From positions 3,617,072 to 3,681,071 of the forward strand of contig OZ244844.1 in assembly GCA_965220805.1 (NCBI GenBank): a stretch of 64,000 nucleotides of DNA, in the 5' to 3' direction. Below the pieces are notes generated by a model that saw only the letters and a list, made by a program, of their open reading frames with translations, was not told the origin of the DNA and made no database searches. Within the stretch, counting starts at the first letter, position 1. The number at the start of each line of letters is the position of its first letter. Origin of the DNA: Alphaproteobacteria bacterium. Its GTDB lineage: Bacteria; Pseudomonadota; Alphaproteobacteria; SP197. Of this stretch, positions 26,050 through 35,574 are shown in pieces. Made by a program: the position numbers and the translations under genes.

Positions 26050-26836
26050 AGCCCTGCTCGAGTTCGCGGGCGCCAATGCGGACCAGTTCGCCGAAGGTCC
26101 TGTCGTCGCGCACAAGGAGGTCGCGTGGACGAGGCAGGCCGACCTCGATGGTGCGGACAATGCGGCCCGGCCGTGGTGACATCACGATCACGTTGTCCGA
26201 CAGGAACACGGCCTCCCGGATGGAATGGGTGACAAACAGGACGGTAATGCCGGTTTGTTCGAAGACACGCACCAACTCCAGATTCATGCGGTCTCGCGTG
26301 ATCTGATCCAGCGCACCGAACGGCTCGTCCATCAACATCACGTGCGGTGATGTCGACAGGGCACGGGCAATGGAGGCACGCTGTTTCATGCCGCCCGAGA
26401 GTTGCGAAGGCCATACCGCCTCGAAGCCGCTCAATCCGACAAGATCGATCAACCGCCGCGCTTCCGTTTCGCGTTGCGCGCGCCCGATTCCCTGGAGTTC
26501 CAGCGGAAGGGCGACATTGTCCAGGACACTACGCCACTCGAGCAGGGCAGGCTCCTGAAAGACAAAGCCGATCTGGCGTGCGCGTCGGGCAGAAGCGGGC
26601 GTCTGGCCCTCGATCGACACGCGCCCGGTAGTGGGTGCTACAAGATCCGCCACCACCCTGAGCAGGGTGCTCTTGCCGCAACCGGAGGGACCGATAAGAG
26701 AGGTGAAGCTGCCACTCGCAATGGCAAGGTCCACGCTCTGCAGGGCTTCCACAACCGATTGTTGCCTTGGCACGTCATAGGTCACCGAAACACCGCTCAG
26801 TTCCACGAGCGGCGCCGGTGTGACTCCGACGGTCAC
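26039..26836 (-). CDS. ABC transporter ATP-binding protein (NitT/TauT family)
   Basis: 265-aa ORF with Walker A GPSGCGKST, the signature LSGGMKQR and Walker B VMLMDEP. Confidence 0.9.
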   Translation of the reverse strand: MTVGVTPAPLVELSGVSVTYDVPRQQSVVEALQSVDLAIASGSFTSLIGPSGCGKSTLLRVVADLVAPTTGRVSIEGQTPASARRARQIGFVFQEPALLEWRSVLDNVALPLELQGIGRAQRETEARRLIDLVGLSGFEAVWPSQLSGGMKQRASIARALSTSPHVMLMDEPFGALDQITRDRMNLELVRVFEQTGITVLFVTHSIREAVFLSDNVIVMSPRPGRIVRTIEVGLPRPRDLLVRDDRTFGELVRIGARELEQGYDV

Positions 26837-26944
26837 GATGATGTCCGCGACTGTTCAGGCGCATGTGACACATCACGGCAAACGTACCCACCCATGCCGA
26901 TGGCGGCATGAGGCCCCTCACCCCTGTGTGACACTTGCACGACG

Positions 26945-28210
26945 TCAACGGGCATCCGCGAGTTCCCAAAGGACATCCGCAAGAACGCGACTGCCATCTG
27001 CCACCTGATGGGGTTCGGTCCATTCGCTTTCGTTGTGGCTGATTCCGTCCCTGCACGGGATGAAGATCATGCCGCTGTCGCAGTGGTAGTGAAGCTGCCG
27101 GGCGTCGTGCCCTGCGGCAGAGTGGATTTCCCGCCACGACAGCTCCAGCCGTTCCGCGGCGGTGGATATCGTGTCGCGGAGTCTCCCGGGAAACTCGAGT
27201 GACGGCGCATGCGCGATTTCCTCTACCCCGACCGTGCAGGCCCCGCTGTTCGCATGGCAGCAATCGTGCACTGCATCACCCAGCCGGGTGAGCACGCCAT
27301 TGTCGGGATGCCTCAGATCGATGGAGAAGTAGGCCTCCCGGGGAACGACCGAAGGCGCATTCGGCTGTACCCGGAACAGACCGACCGTGAACATGACGTC
27401 CTCAGGGTCGCGAACAAGATGTGCAAGCGCGTCGATCATGCCGACAGCGGCCAGCAGGGCGTCCTTGCGATCCTTGCGCGGGGTCGTGCCGGCATGCGCT
27501 GCTTCGCCCCTGACCGTCACACGAAAACGCCGGCTGCCCTGGATGCCGGACACGACTCCGATGGACGTCTCTTCGCGTTCCAGGATCGGTCCCTGCTCGA
27601 TATGGGCTTCAACATAGGCGTGAACCGGAAAACCCATCGGACGACGGGCGACGTCCGGCTCGGCCTCGAGAACCTGCGCCAAGGCTGACCTGACGCTTGT
27701 ACCGTCGACATCCTCGACCTCGAGCATGCCTTCGAGCGCCCTTTGTCCGGTGAAGGCCTCCGAACCCATCATTCCCGGAGCAAAGCGGGATCCTTCCTCG
27801 TTGGTCCAGGCAACTGCCTCGATGGAACGTCGGGGTTTCCTGGCAGACGGTGCAAGCGCGCAGAGTGCTTCCAGCGCGGCGAGAACTCCGAAGGTGCCGT
27901 CGAACTTTCCGCCCGTGGGTTGCGAGTCGATGTGAGAGCCCGAAAGGATCGGCGCCGCTGCCGGATCGGCGCCTTCCAGTCGGAAGAACAGGTTGCCGAT
28001 CGGATCGTTGAGGACATTCAGGCCGGCCTCGCGAGCCCAGGCCACCAGAACTTTGCGGGCGGCGATTTCTTCCGGCGAAAGCGCCTGCCGGTTTACGCCA
28101 CCGGCAGATGTGGCGCCAAATTCAGCCAGGCGCATCAGACGATGCCACAGGCGGTCGACATCAATCAGATCGGAAGGGCGCATGCCGCGCTGTTCCATGG
28201 CCGACGTCAC
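26945..28210 (-). CDS. M20-family Zn-dependent amidohydrolase (allantoate amidohydrolase / N-carbamoyl-L-amino-acid hydrolase type)
   Basis: 421-aa ORF with the metal-binding region GSHIDSQPTGGKFDG, a dimerisation-domain insert and C-terminal His ligands, as in AllC/AmaB-type hydrolases. Confidence 0.75.
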   Translation of the reverse strand: MTSAMEQRGMRPSDLIDVDRLWHRLMRLAEFGATSAGGVNRQALSPEEIAARKVLVAWAREAGLNVLNDPIGNLFFRLEGADPAAAPILSGSHIDSQPTGGKFDGTFGVLAALEALCALAPSARKPRRSIEAVAWTNEEGSRFAPGMMGSEAFTGQRALEGMLEVEDVDGTSVRSALAQVLEAEPDVARRPMGFPVHAYVEAHIEQGPILEREETSIGVVSGIQGSRRFRVTVRGEAAHAGTTPRKDRKDALLAAVGMIDALAHLVRDPEDVMFTVGLFRVQPNAPSVVPREAYFSIDLRHPDNGVLTRLGDAVHDCCHANSGACTVGVEEIAHAPSLEFPGRLRDTISTAAERLELSWREIHSAAGHDARQLHYHCDSGMIFIPCRDGISHNESEWTEPHQVADGSRVLADVLWELADAR

Positions 28211-29085
28211 CGTGTTCTCATGATCTGGTTTGGATCGGCGCGCGGGTCTCGCTCACCCCAGCGGCCAGCTTCGGCAGCGGCAAGGAAATCGGCCAGGAGG
28301 CGATTGAACAACTCCGGCTCTTCGAGATTGATGGTATGCCCGCTCTTCGGAAGCACCGCGAGGCCGCTGGTGCGAATGGTCCGCTTCAGGAAAATGCCGG
28401 GCTGCAGGCAATGATCGTCTTCGTCCCCGGATACGATGAGAGTGGGAGCCGAGATTCGCGACAGGTCTTCTTCGAGATCGAAAAGCGAGGGCCTCTGCGC
28501 CTGGACACCACGCATGGTGTTGGCCGCGCCGTGCTGCGAGTGCCTGGCCAGCCGTTTGGCGAACAAGCGCCATCCGGCCGGATCCTTTGACTGGAACTGC
28601 ACGCGCGATGCGCCTTCGGCGTAGGTCGCAGCAAAATCGGCCGCGCCGCTCTCGAAGCCATCAGCGACCTCGCAGGAAATCCTGCGGAAGTAGTCCTCAT
28701 GCGCCTTTTCCGCGCCATAGCCCGTACCCGCGGCAACAAGCGAACGAACACGCTCCGGACGCAACATCGCCGCGTGCAGGACGGCGAAGCCGCCCATCGA
28801 CAGCCCGACCAGGTGAGCGGAGTCGCATTCGCACGCATCCATGACAGCAAAGATGTCCCGGGCGGCTCGCTCCTGGGAATAGGCATCGACGGACGCCGGA
28901 ATGTCGGATGGCGGGTACCCGCGCGCAGCAAAGGTGATGCATCGGTGACGCCGGGAAAATGCGTGCACCTGCGGTTCCCAGCTCCAGTAACTTCCTCCGA
29001 ACTCGTGCACGAACAGGATTGGCGTTCCGGCCCCTTCCGACTCGAAATACAGCCTGACGCCGTCATCGCATGTTGCGTAGGGCAT
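28207..29085 (-). CDS. Alpha/beta-hydrolase fold protein
   Basis: The nucleophile elbow GLSMGG and the HEFGG oxyanion region are present. The start is taken at Met-Pro-Tyr (29085) rather than the ORF-track 29100. There is a 4-nt overlap downstream. Confidence 0.75.
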   Translation of the reverse strand: MPYATCDDGVRLYFESEGAGTPILFVHEFGGSYWSWEPQVHAFSRRHRCITFAARGYPPSDIPASVDAYSQERAARDIFAVMDACECDSAHLVGLSMGGFAVLHAAMLRPERVRSLVAAGTGYGAEKAHEDYFRRISCEVADGFESGAADFAATYAEGASRVQFQSKDPAGWRLFAKRLARHSQHGAANTMRGVQAQRPSLFDLEEDLSRISAPTLIVSGDEDDHCLQPGIFLKRTIRTSGLAVLPKSGHTINLEEPELFNRLLADFLAAAEAGRWGERDPRADPNQIMRTR

Positions 29086-29096
29086 CCGGCACGCCT

Positions 29097-29879
29097 TCAC
29101 ACAATCGAGTGGCGCGACGAGATGCCGCCGTCAACCGTGATGACGGTGCCGGAGGTGTATCCGGAACGATCGGAGGCAAGGAAGACCATGAGATCCACCA
29201 CTTCGCGAACCCTGGCGGGCCGTCCCAGAGGATAGGACTTCAGCAACTCCTTGAAGCGCGCCTCATCGCCATAGAGATCCCTGGCGCGGACCTTCAGCAG
29301 TTTGTAGATGCGCTCGGTATCGACAGGCCCGGGATTGATACCGACCACGCGAATGCCATCGGCGAGGCTCCGCCCGCCCATCGCGCGAGTGAAGGCGATG
29401 AGACTGGCGTTGCCGGATGTACCCGCGACATAGCCCGAATCATAGACTTGGCCGGCATTACCGATGTTGTTGATGATGACCCCGCCGCCACGGTCTCGCA
29501 TCCTGCGATAGACCGCGCGCGTCAGGTTGATGTAGCCGAAAACCTTGAGCTCCCAGCCTTCGCGCCACGCCTTCTCATCAATGGCGTCGAGACTTCCCCC
29601 GGGGATGGAGCCGGCGTTGTTGACCAGAATGTCGATGTCATCGATTGCTTCCACGAGCGTCTCGACTGCACCGGACCGCGCGAGGTCCATCGGGTGCACA
29701 TGTACGGTGACCCCTGTCCGGTCCTGGAGGCGCCTCTGCAGATCCTCGAGCCGGTCGGCATTGCGCGCCGTCAGGTGCAGGTTGACCCCTTCCGAGGCGA
29801 AGGCATCGGCCAACCCCTCGCCAATGCCCTGAGAAGCGCCGGTCACAAGAGCCCATCGACCAGTCAATCCGAGATCCAC
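29097..29879 (-). CDS. SDR-family oxidoreductase
   Basis: 260-aa ORF with TGASQGIGEGLA and a YxxxK active-site region. Confidence 0.85.
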   Translation of the reverse strand: MDLGLTGRWALVTGASQGIGEGLADAFASEGVNLHLTARNADRLEDLQRRLQDRTGVTVHVHPMDLARSGAVETLVEAIDDIDILVNNAGSIPGGSLDAIDEKAWREGWELKVFGYINLTRAVYRRMRDRGGGVIINNIGNAGQVYDSGYVAGTSGNASLIAFTRAMGGRSLADGIRVVGINPGPVDTERIYKLLKVRARDLYGDEARFKELLKSYPLGRPARVREVVDLMVFLASDRSGYTSGTVITVDGGISSRHSIV

Positions 29880-29906
29880 ATTTCCTCCTCTACGTCATTC
29901 ACTACG

Positions 29907-31070
29907 TCAATACAGGGTCTGGACGGCCATCGCACTGCGGCTCCATTCGATGGCGTCTTCGATCTGACTGCAGAATGCATTGATCCACTCTGAAGGCACT
30001 GTCGTGCTGACCTTTATGAAGCGGTCTCCGCAATGGGTTGAATGGTATCCGCCATGCCGGATGAGGATATCGTGCTCCAGATAGAATGCACAAAGGTTAT
30101 CAGGCGCAAACCCGGCCTTGCAGGTGTCGATGGCGAGAAAGTTGCCGTGTGAGGGAAAGACCGTCGTTTCCAGCCCTTCGATACGGTCGACCGCCTGCCT
30201 GATGGAAGCCTGGTTGGCACGCTGGCGTTTCTGCACATCATGAAACCACTCTGCCTTGTGACGCAGGCCTGCGAGCGCCGCGCGCTGTGCGATGAAGGAA
30301 GAGCCAAGATTGTTGGGTGGGGCGTCAGCAAGGAGATTGATGATATCGGGAGAGGCAACCACCGCCCCGAGCCTGAGACCTGCCAGTCCAAGCCACTTGG
30401 AGAAACTGTAGGTGGTGATCGTCCCCTGCGGATAATGGCGGGCAGCCAGAGTATGTCCTTCGGCGAAGTCGCGATAGGTGCAGTCGTGAATGAGAAATGC
30501 ACCGGCATCGCGGGCAATGGAGGCGATCTCCTCGATCTCGACAGAGGTCTGGATGGAACCCAGCGGATTGTTCGGATCCACCAGATAGATGAGACGCGTC
30601 TTCTCCGTCATCGCCTCGCGCAACTGTGACGGCTTCAGGCGAAAGCCCGCTTCGCGGTCATAGATCGGCAACTCGACAACACGTGCCTGCCGACTGGCTG
30701 CAAAGCGCCTCGGCCACAGCCACCCCGGATCGGTCACGACGAATTCGTCGTCCGGACCAAGCAGCGTATGGCAGGCATGGTAGAGTCCCTCGATCGCACC
30801 GTCGGTCACTATGACGGAAAATTCCCGGTCAAGGCCAAGGTCCTGGAGGACGGCCCCACGCAGCTCCTCGACGCCCAGAGGGGGTGCGTAGCGATGACAC
30901 TCCCCTGAATCAATGCAGTCGATCATCGCCTGGCGGACAGCCGGGCAAGGTTCGAAGTGATTGGTGTTCTGACCGAGCCACATCAGGCCCGGTCGCGAGG
31001 CGAGGGCATCAAAGTGCCTGTTGCGTTGTTCGAGTCCGTCGCTTCGGTCCATTGCACGCTCCCTTGCCAC
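29907..31070 (-). CDS. PLP-dependent aminotransferase (class I/II)
   Basis: 387-aa ORF with fold-type I motifs (..YSFSKWLGLAGLRLG.. PLP-lysine). An alternative start is the Met at 31052. Confidence 0.8.
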   Translation of the reverse strand: MARERAMDRSDGLEQRNRHFDALASRPGLMWLGQNTNHFEPCPAVRQAMIDCIDSGECHRYAPPLGVEELRGAVLQDLGLDREFSVIVTDGAIEGLYHACHTLLGPDDEFVVTDPGWLWPRRFAASRQARVVELPIYDREAGFRLKPSQLREAMTEKTRLIYLVDPNNPLGSIQTSVEIEEIASIARDAGAFLIHDCTYRDFAEGHTLAARHYPQGTITTYSFSKWLGLAGLRLGAVVASPDIINLLADAPPNNLGSSFIAQRAALAGLRHKAEWFHDVQKRQRANQASIRQAVDRIEGLETTVFPSHGNFLAIDTCKAGFAPDNLCAFYLEHDILIRHGGYHSTHCGDRFIKVSTTVPSEWINAFCSQIEDAIEWSRSAMAVQTLY

Positions 31071-31528
31071 CGCTCAAGCGGACAGCCGTGACCCTGCTTA
31101 ACGCATTGGCGATGGGTTGGCACGTTCTTGGGTGACGCATCGGACACCCCGGGCCGTATTGCCGGGACAGTCTGCGACAGTTGCTCTTGCATGCCGCTCG
31201 GCCCCGCCACTTCCGGGACACGATTTGATCGAGGGGGATTCTTCATGTGGCTGCCACCGCAGGCGTGCGGCGGACCGGCGCCATCCGAAGTCGGAGGTCT
31301 CGCGATCCGGAAAGCGCAGCGCAATGGCAATCCTCCACCGTCGTCAGCATGCCTCCTGCTGTGACCATAAGGCGTTCAAAGGGAGGACGTGTGAATCTCC
31401 CGGTGCAGGTGCATTGGCCTTGGTCGTCGTGGTGTCGCAGATTGCCACCATCGAATGAATGTTCAGCTGTGGCTGTGACAGGCGGGCCTCCTTTTGCGTT
31501 CGATGCCGTGCCGGGAGACACTTGCGTC

Positions 31529-33157
31529 ATGGACATATCGGCAAGTCACGACATCATCATCATCGGTGCGGGGACCGCCGGGTGTGTGCTGGCGAATCGC
31601 CTGAGCGAGGATTCGGGAGTGCGTGTGCTGATGATCGAGGCGGGCGGCGCCGATCGGGGCCTCACCATCTCCATGCCGGCGGCCGCGGCACTGGCTGCCC
31701 GCGACCCCCGGTTCGGCTGGGGGTATGAGACCGAACCGGAACCCTACCTGCATGGCCGCCGGATCCAGGCCCGCCGGGGACGCGTCTTGGGCGGATCATC
31801 GTCGATCAACGGAATGGTCGCCAATCGCGGCAATCCCCGGGACTATGACCAGTGGGCGAGCGAGGGCCTGGGCGACTGGTCCTTCGCCCATTGCCTGCCC
31901 TACTTTCGCAAGAGTGAGACCTTCGATCGCGGCGGGAATGCCTGGCGGGGCGACAGGGGCCCGCAGTTCATCGAGACCTGCCCGGCCCAGCACGCTTATG
32001 ACCAGGCCTTTCTGGAAGCCGGCCGACAGGCGGGGTACCACGTCACGGACGATCAGAACGGCGCACACCACGAGGGATTTCATGTCGCCCAGAGCTTCAC
32101 GCACCGGGGACAGCGCTGGAGCGCGGCGTCAGGCTACCTGAGACCGGCCCTCAACCGGTCCAATCTCACCCTGATGGGCCAGGTCCTGGTCCATCGCATC
32201 GTCTTCGACGGCAGGAGAGCGGTCGGCGTCGAAGTCGGACTCAGAGGAGAGGTTCGCCGTCTGGAGGCCCTGAAGGAGGTCATCGTCGCCGGTGGCGCCA
32301 TCAATTCGCCCCAGCTCCTGCTGCTTTCGGGAATTGGCGATCCGGCCCACCTCGCCGAACACGGTCTCCCGCTCGTGGCTGAGGTGCCCCATGTCGGACA
32401 CGGGCTCGAGGATCACCCGATCGTCCAGGTCGTCCACCGCGAAAGGCGGCCGCTGTCGGTATCGCACCGGCTCAGAGGCTGGCGGCGCGCCGGAACTGGT
32501 CTGGCGTGGCTGCTGGCGAAGCGCGGCTTCGGATGCTCGACACTCTCGGAAACCGGAGCCTTCTTCTCCAGCTCTGCTGATGTCCCCTACTGCGACATGC
32601 AGCACGAGTTCTATCCCATGAGCGGCTTTGCCGACGAGGAGGAGGCAAACGTGGCTCCGGGCTTCATGTTCTCGATGGGACTCATGCGCCCGAAGAGCCG
32701 CGGCCGTGTGTGGCTGAAGTCGCCCGATCCGCGCAAGGCACCGGCCATCGTCTTCAACTATCTCCAGCATGACCACGACGCGGACGTGATGGTGAAGTCC
32801 CTGGAGCGGACCCGCGAGATGGCTCGCCAGCCGGCATTCGACCCGTGGAGTGCCGGTGAACTCATGCCCGGCGAGGATGTTCAGAGCGAGGCGGAGTTGC
32901 GTGCCTGGCTGGTGGCAGAGGTCTCTTCCGAGTATCACCCCTGCTCGACATGCCGCATGGGAACCGGAGACAATTCGGTGACGGACCACCAGGGACGGGT
33001 GCACGATACCGAGGCGCTGCGCGTCGTCGACGCCTCGATCATGCCGCACAACGTGACGGCGAATCTCAACGCGCCGGTGCTCATGGTGGCCGAGAAACTT
33101 GCCGACGCGATACGTGGCCACAATCCGATGGAGCCTCTACATGCTGACGTTGCCTGA
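31529..33157 (+). CDS. GMC-family flavin oxidoreductase (choline dehydrogenase-like)
   Basis: The start is taken at the internal ATG (MDISASHDIIIIGAGTAGCVLANRLSED), which is the canonical GMC N-terminus. The GGSSSINGMV and C-terminal His-containing active-site region are present. The ORF-track start at 31247 would add 94 Arg-rich residues. Confidence 0.85.
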   Translation: MDISASHDIIIIGAGTAGCVLANRLSEDSGVRVLMIEAGGADRGLTISMPAAAALAARDPRFGWGYETEPEPYLHGRRIQARRGRVLGGSSSINGMVANRGNPRDYDQWASEGLGDWSFAHCLPYFRKSETFDRGGNAWRGDRGPQFIETCPAQHAYDQAFLEAGRQAGYHVTDDQNGAHHEGFHVAQSFTHRGQRWSAASGYLRPALNRSNLTLMGQVLVHRIVFDGRRAVGVEVGLRGEVRRLEALKEVIVAGGAINSPQLLLLSGIGDPAHLAEHGLPLVAEVPHVGHGLEDHPIVQVVHRERRPLSVSHRLRGWRRAGTGLAWLLAKRGFGCSTLSETGAFFSSSADVPYCDMQHEFYPMSGFADEEEANVAPGFMFSMGLMRPKSRGRVWLKSPDPRKAPAIVFNYLQHDHDADVMVKSLERTREMARQPAFDPWSAGELMPGEDVQSEAELRAWLVAEVSSEYHPCSTCRMGTGDNSVTDHQGRVHDTEALRVVDASIMPHNVTANLNAPVLMVAEKLADAIRGHNPMEPLHADVA

Positions 33158-33181
33158 AACTGACCACCGGGTGATCCGGCC

Positions 33182-34099
33182 ATGACGTCGTGCAGCGACG
33201 AGGCGCGTGCATTCATCGCCGCCGGCCTTGACGCGCCTCCCCGCCACGTGACGCGAGACAACCTGGCAGCGACAAGGGCAGAGACCGCTGCCGAGTTCGC
33301 CCCCAGGATAGAGCGTGCTCTTGACCGCTACCCCGTCGAGGTGCGGGAGATCACCCTGGGGGGCATCGACTGTCTCGAGATCATCCCCCGTGCCGACCGC
33401 AAGCCCGGAACGATCCTCTACTGCTATGGGGGTGGATACATCATGGGCAGTCCACGCGAGGACCTCATCGTCAGTGCCGCTCTCGCCGCACATGCCGGGG
33501 CGCGAGTGGTGGCACCCTGGTATCGCCTGGCTCCCGAACACCCCTATCCGGCGGCCATCGACGACTGCACGGCGGTCCACGCCGTGGTCGCGGGCGACCC
33601 GTCGTGCGGTCCACTGGCGCTGGCCGGAGAGTCGGCGGGCGGCAATGCGGCGCTTTGCCTGATGAGACGTTCCATGGAAGCCGGCGCCGCCATGCCGGTC
33701 GCAGTCGTCCTTCTCTCTCCCTGGAGTGATCTGAAGCATGAAGGCGACAGCCAACGCACAAATGATGGTCGTGATCCGACGCTGACCCTTGAATTGACTC
33801 GCCAGGCGGCGCTGCTCTATTCGGGAGGACGCGACCTCGCCCATCCGGGCCTTTCTCCCCTGCGCGGCACGTGGAATGAACCCCTTCCCCCGGTCATGAT
33901 CACCACGGGAACACGCGATGTCTTGCTTGATCAGAACCTGACCCTCGCCACTGTCCTCGAGAATGCCGGGGCGGACGTCACGCTCCGCGTCTGGGACGAG
34001 CTGTGGCATGTCTTCGAGTTCTACGACGAACTTCCGGAGGCCGACCGTTCCCTGCGCGACATCGCGGCCTTCCTGCGGCGCCACCTGGACGGGGGCTGA
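33182..34099 (+). CDS. Alpha/beta-hydrolase (esterase/lipase, HSL-like)
   Basis: 305-aa ORF with the oxyanion motif YCYGGGY, the nucleophile elbow GESAGG and a C-terminal Asp/His. Confidence 0.8.
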   Translation: MTSCSDEARAFIAAGLDAPPRHVTRDNLAATRAETAAEFAPRIERALDRYPVEVREITLGGIDCLEIIPRADRKPGTILYCYGGGYIMGSPREDLIVSAALAAHAGARVVAPWYRLAPEHPYPAAIDDCTAVHAVVAGDPSCGPLALAGESAGGNAALCLMRRSMEAGAAMPVAVVLLSPWSDLKHEGDSQRTNDGRDPTLTLELTRQAALLYSGGRDLAHPGLSPLRGTWNEPLPPVMITTGTRDVLLDQNLTLATVLENAGADVTLRVWDELWHVFEFYDELPEADRSLRDIAAFLRRHLDGG

Positions 34100-34121
34100 C
34101 CGCAGCCCACGCCCTCATGTC

Positions 34122-35414
34122 TCACACCTTCGCGCCGAAGGGCTCGATGGCGTTCCATTGGCGGGCAGCGGCTGTGACGGCCTCGATCGACCCATAGTGT
34201 CCCGGACCGGTCATGAGGGAGCGCGCCATCATGAGGGCCCTTGCCTCGGCAGTGGCGCGCACGTCGGCGTCCGAGATGTTCTCGAGGTCGATGTTGTGGG
34301 CAAGGCCGAGGATGCGGCGGATCATCTTGGCAGCCGCAAACCCCAGCGTGTCGGCGAACAGTTCCGCCATGTAGCGTTCCTGTTCACGGGCCAGGCGGAT
34401 CCGGGCAACCGGGTCATCGAAGAGGACCGCCGGATAGGCATCGCCCCTCCCTTCGTTTCGCCACAGGGCAAGGAACCGGGAGCGGAATCCGTTCCAGAAT
34501 TCCTCGATGCTGCCGAGCACCCAGTCCCGGTAGGAATCCCTGGCGCCGGGAGTCGATTCGTGACCGATCTGCGAGAAGTAGTTCAACAACAGGTTGGCGA
34601 TCACGGCCCCGGTGTCGAAGCCCATCGGACCGACGAAGGCGAACTCCGGATCGATAATCCGGGTGTCGGTCTGCGTCACCATGATGGAGCCCGTATGCAG
34701 GTCCCCGTGAATCATGGCCTCGGCCGAAGACATGAACTTCACCTTGAGCCGCGACACGGCAACCTTGAGATCGCCGTCGGCGCGAATGGATGCCGCCAGT
34801 CCGTCAAGTTGCGGTGAGGTCCACCGGTTGTTGTCGGCAACCATGTAGGGTTCGGTGAAGATCAGGTCCTCGGTGATGGCGCACAGCGCCGAGTTGCCGG
34901 CGAAGTCGGCCACGAGGGCCTTCTTGTCTCCTGCCGCCATGGCTAGGTCCGACGTGTGAAAGAGGGTCGAGGCGGCGAAGGTCGACAAAGCCTCGGTGAA
35001 CAACGGATAGACAATGCCGTCGATCATGCCATGGCGCATGATGATGTGGGGCTCCAGGAGTTCCATGGCGATGAGCGCCATGTCGGCGTCATAGTGGACG
35101 ACCGCCGGCGTGAGCCCTGGGGCGTGACGGGCCTGGCGGTCCAGGGCGAGATGCTCGAAGTGCGCCCGCGTCAAGGGCAACGGCCAGCTTTCGCCAACCA
35201 GACGTACGTAGGGGAGCGCCTGCTTGACGGCAATGCCGCCGGCAGAACCGCGCACCTTGAAAACCAGATTGAGATTGCCGTCGCCGACCTCCTCGACTGT
35301 CCACGTGTCGGGCGTGCCTCCGAGGAGGTCACGGATCACCGCGACGCTGCCGAGCAGTGCGGGCAGGCTCTCCGGCGTCTGCGGCACATAGGCCTCCGGC
35401 ACGTCAATCTTCAC
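34122..35414 (-). CDS. mtnK: S-methyl-5-thioribose kinase-like protein (aminoglycoside-phosphotransferase fold)
   Basis: It resembles MtnK from memory (..EVGDGNLNLVFKV..IAVKQALPYVRLVGESWPLPLTRA.., HGDLHTGSIMV). A probable GTG start at 35414 gives MKIDVPEAY...; the ORF-track ATG is at 35492. Confidence 0.7.
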   Translation of the reverse strand: MKIDVPEAYVPQTPESLPALLGSVAVIRDLLGGTPDTWTVEEVGDGNLNLVFKVRGSAGGIAVKQALPYVRLVGESWPLPLTRAHFEHLALDRQARHAPGLTPAVVHYDADMALIAMELLEPHIIMRHGMIDGIVYPLFTEALSTFAASTLFHTSDLAMAAGDKKALVADFAGNSALCAITEDLIFTEPYMVADNNRWTSPQLDGLAASIRADGDLKVAVSRLKVKFMSSAEAMIHGDLHTGSIMVTQTDTRIIDPEFAFVGPMGFDTGAVIANLLLNYFSQIGHESTPGARDSYRDWVLGSIEEFWNGFRSRFLALWRNEGRGDAYPAVLFDDPVARIRLAREQERYMAELFADTLGFAAAKMIRRILGLAHNIDLENISDADVRATAEARALMMARSLMTGPGHYGSIEAVTAAARQWNAIEPFGAKV

Positions 35415-35574
35415 GTCACGTACTCCCCAGGTCTGAGCCCAACCGGGGGAGACTCGCCAGAGTCGGGCAAACTGTCCAGAGCCGCATTCCATCAGGCGCC
35501 GGAAGCGACATTTACGCCCGCCCTCATCTCGTGTAGCGTCGCCCGTCCGTCCCTGATGGCCGGGGATTTCTGGT

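Noticed and set aside
31117-31458. 113-aa ORF in the long divergent intergenic region as a possible missing regulator
   Set aside because: Its translation (Arg/Cys/His-rich, no HTH pattern) does not resemble a DNA-binding protein. It is retained only as a region of interest, not as a gene.
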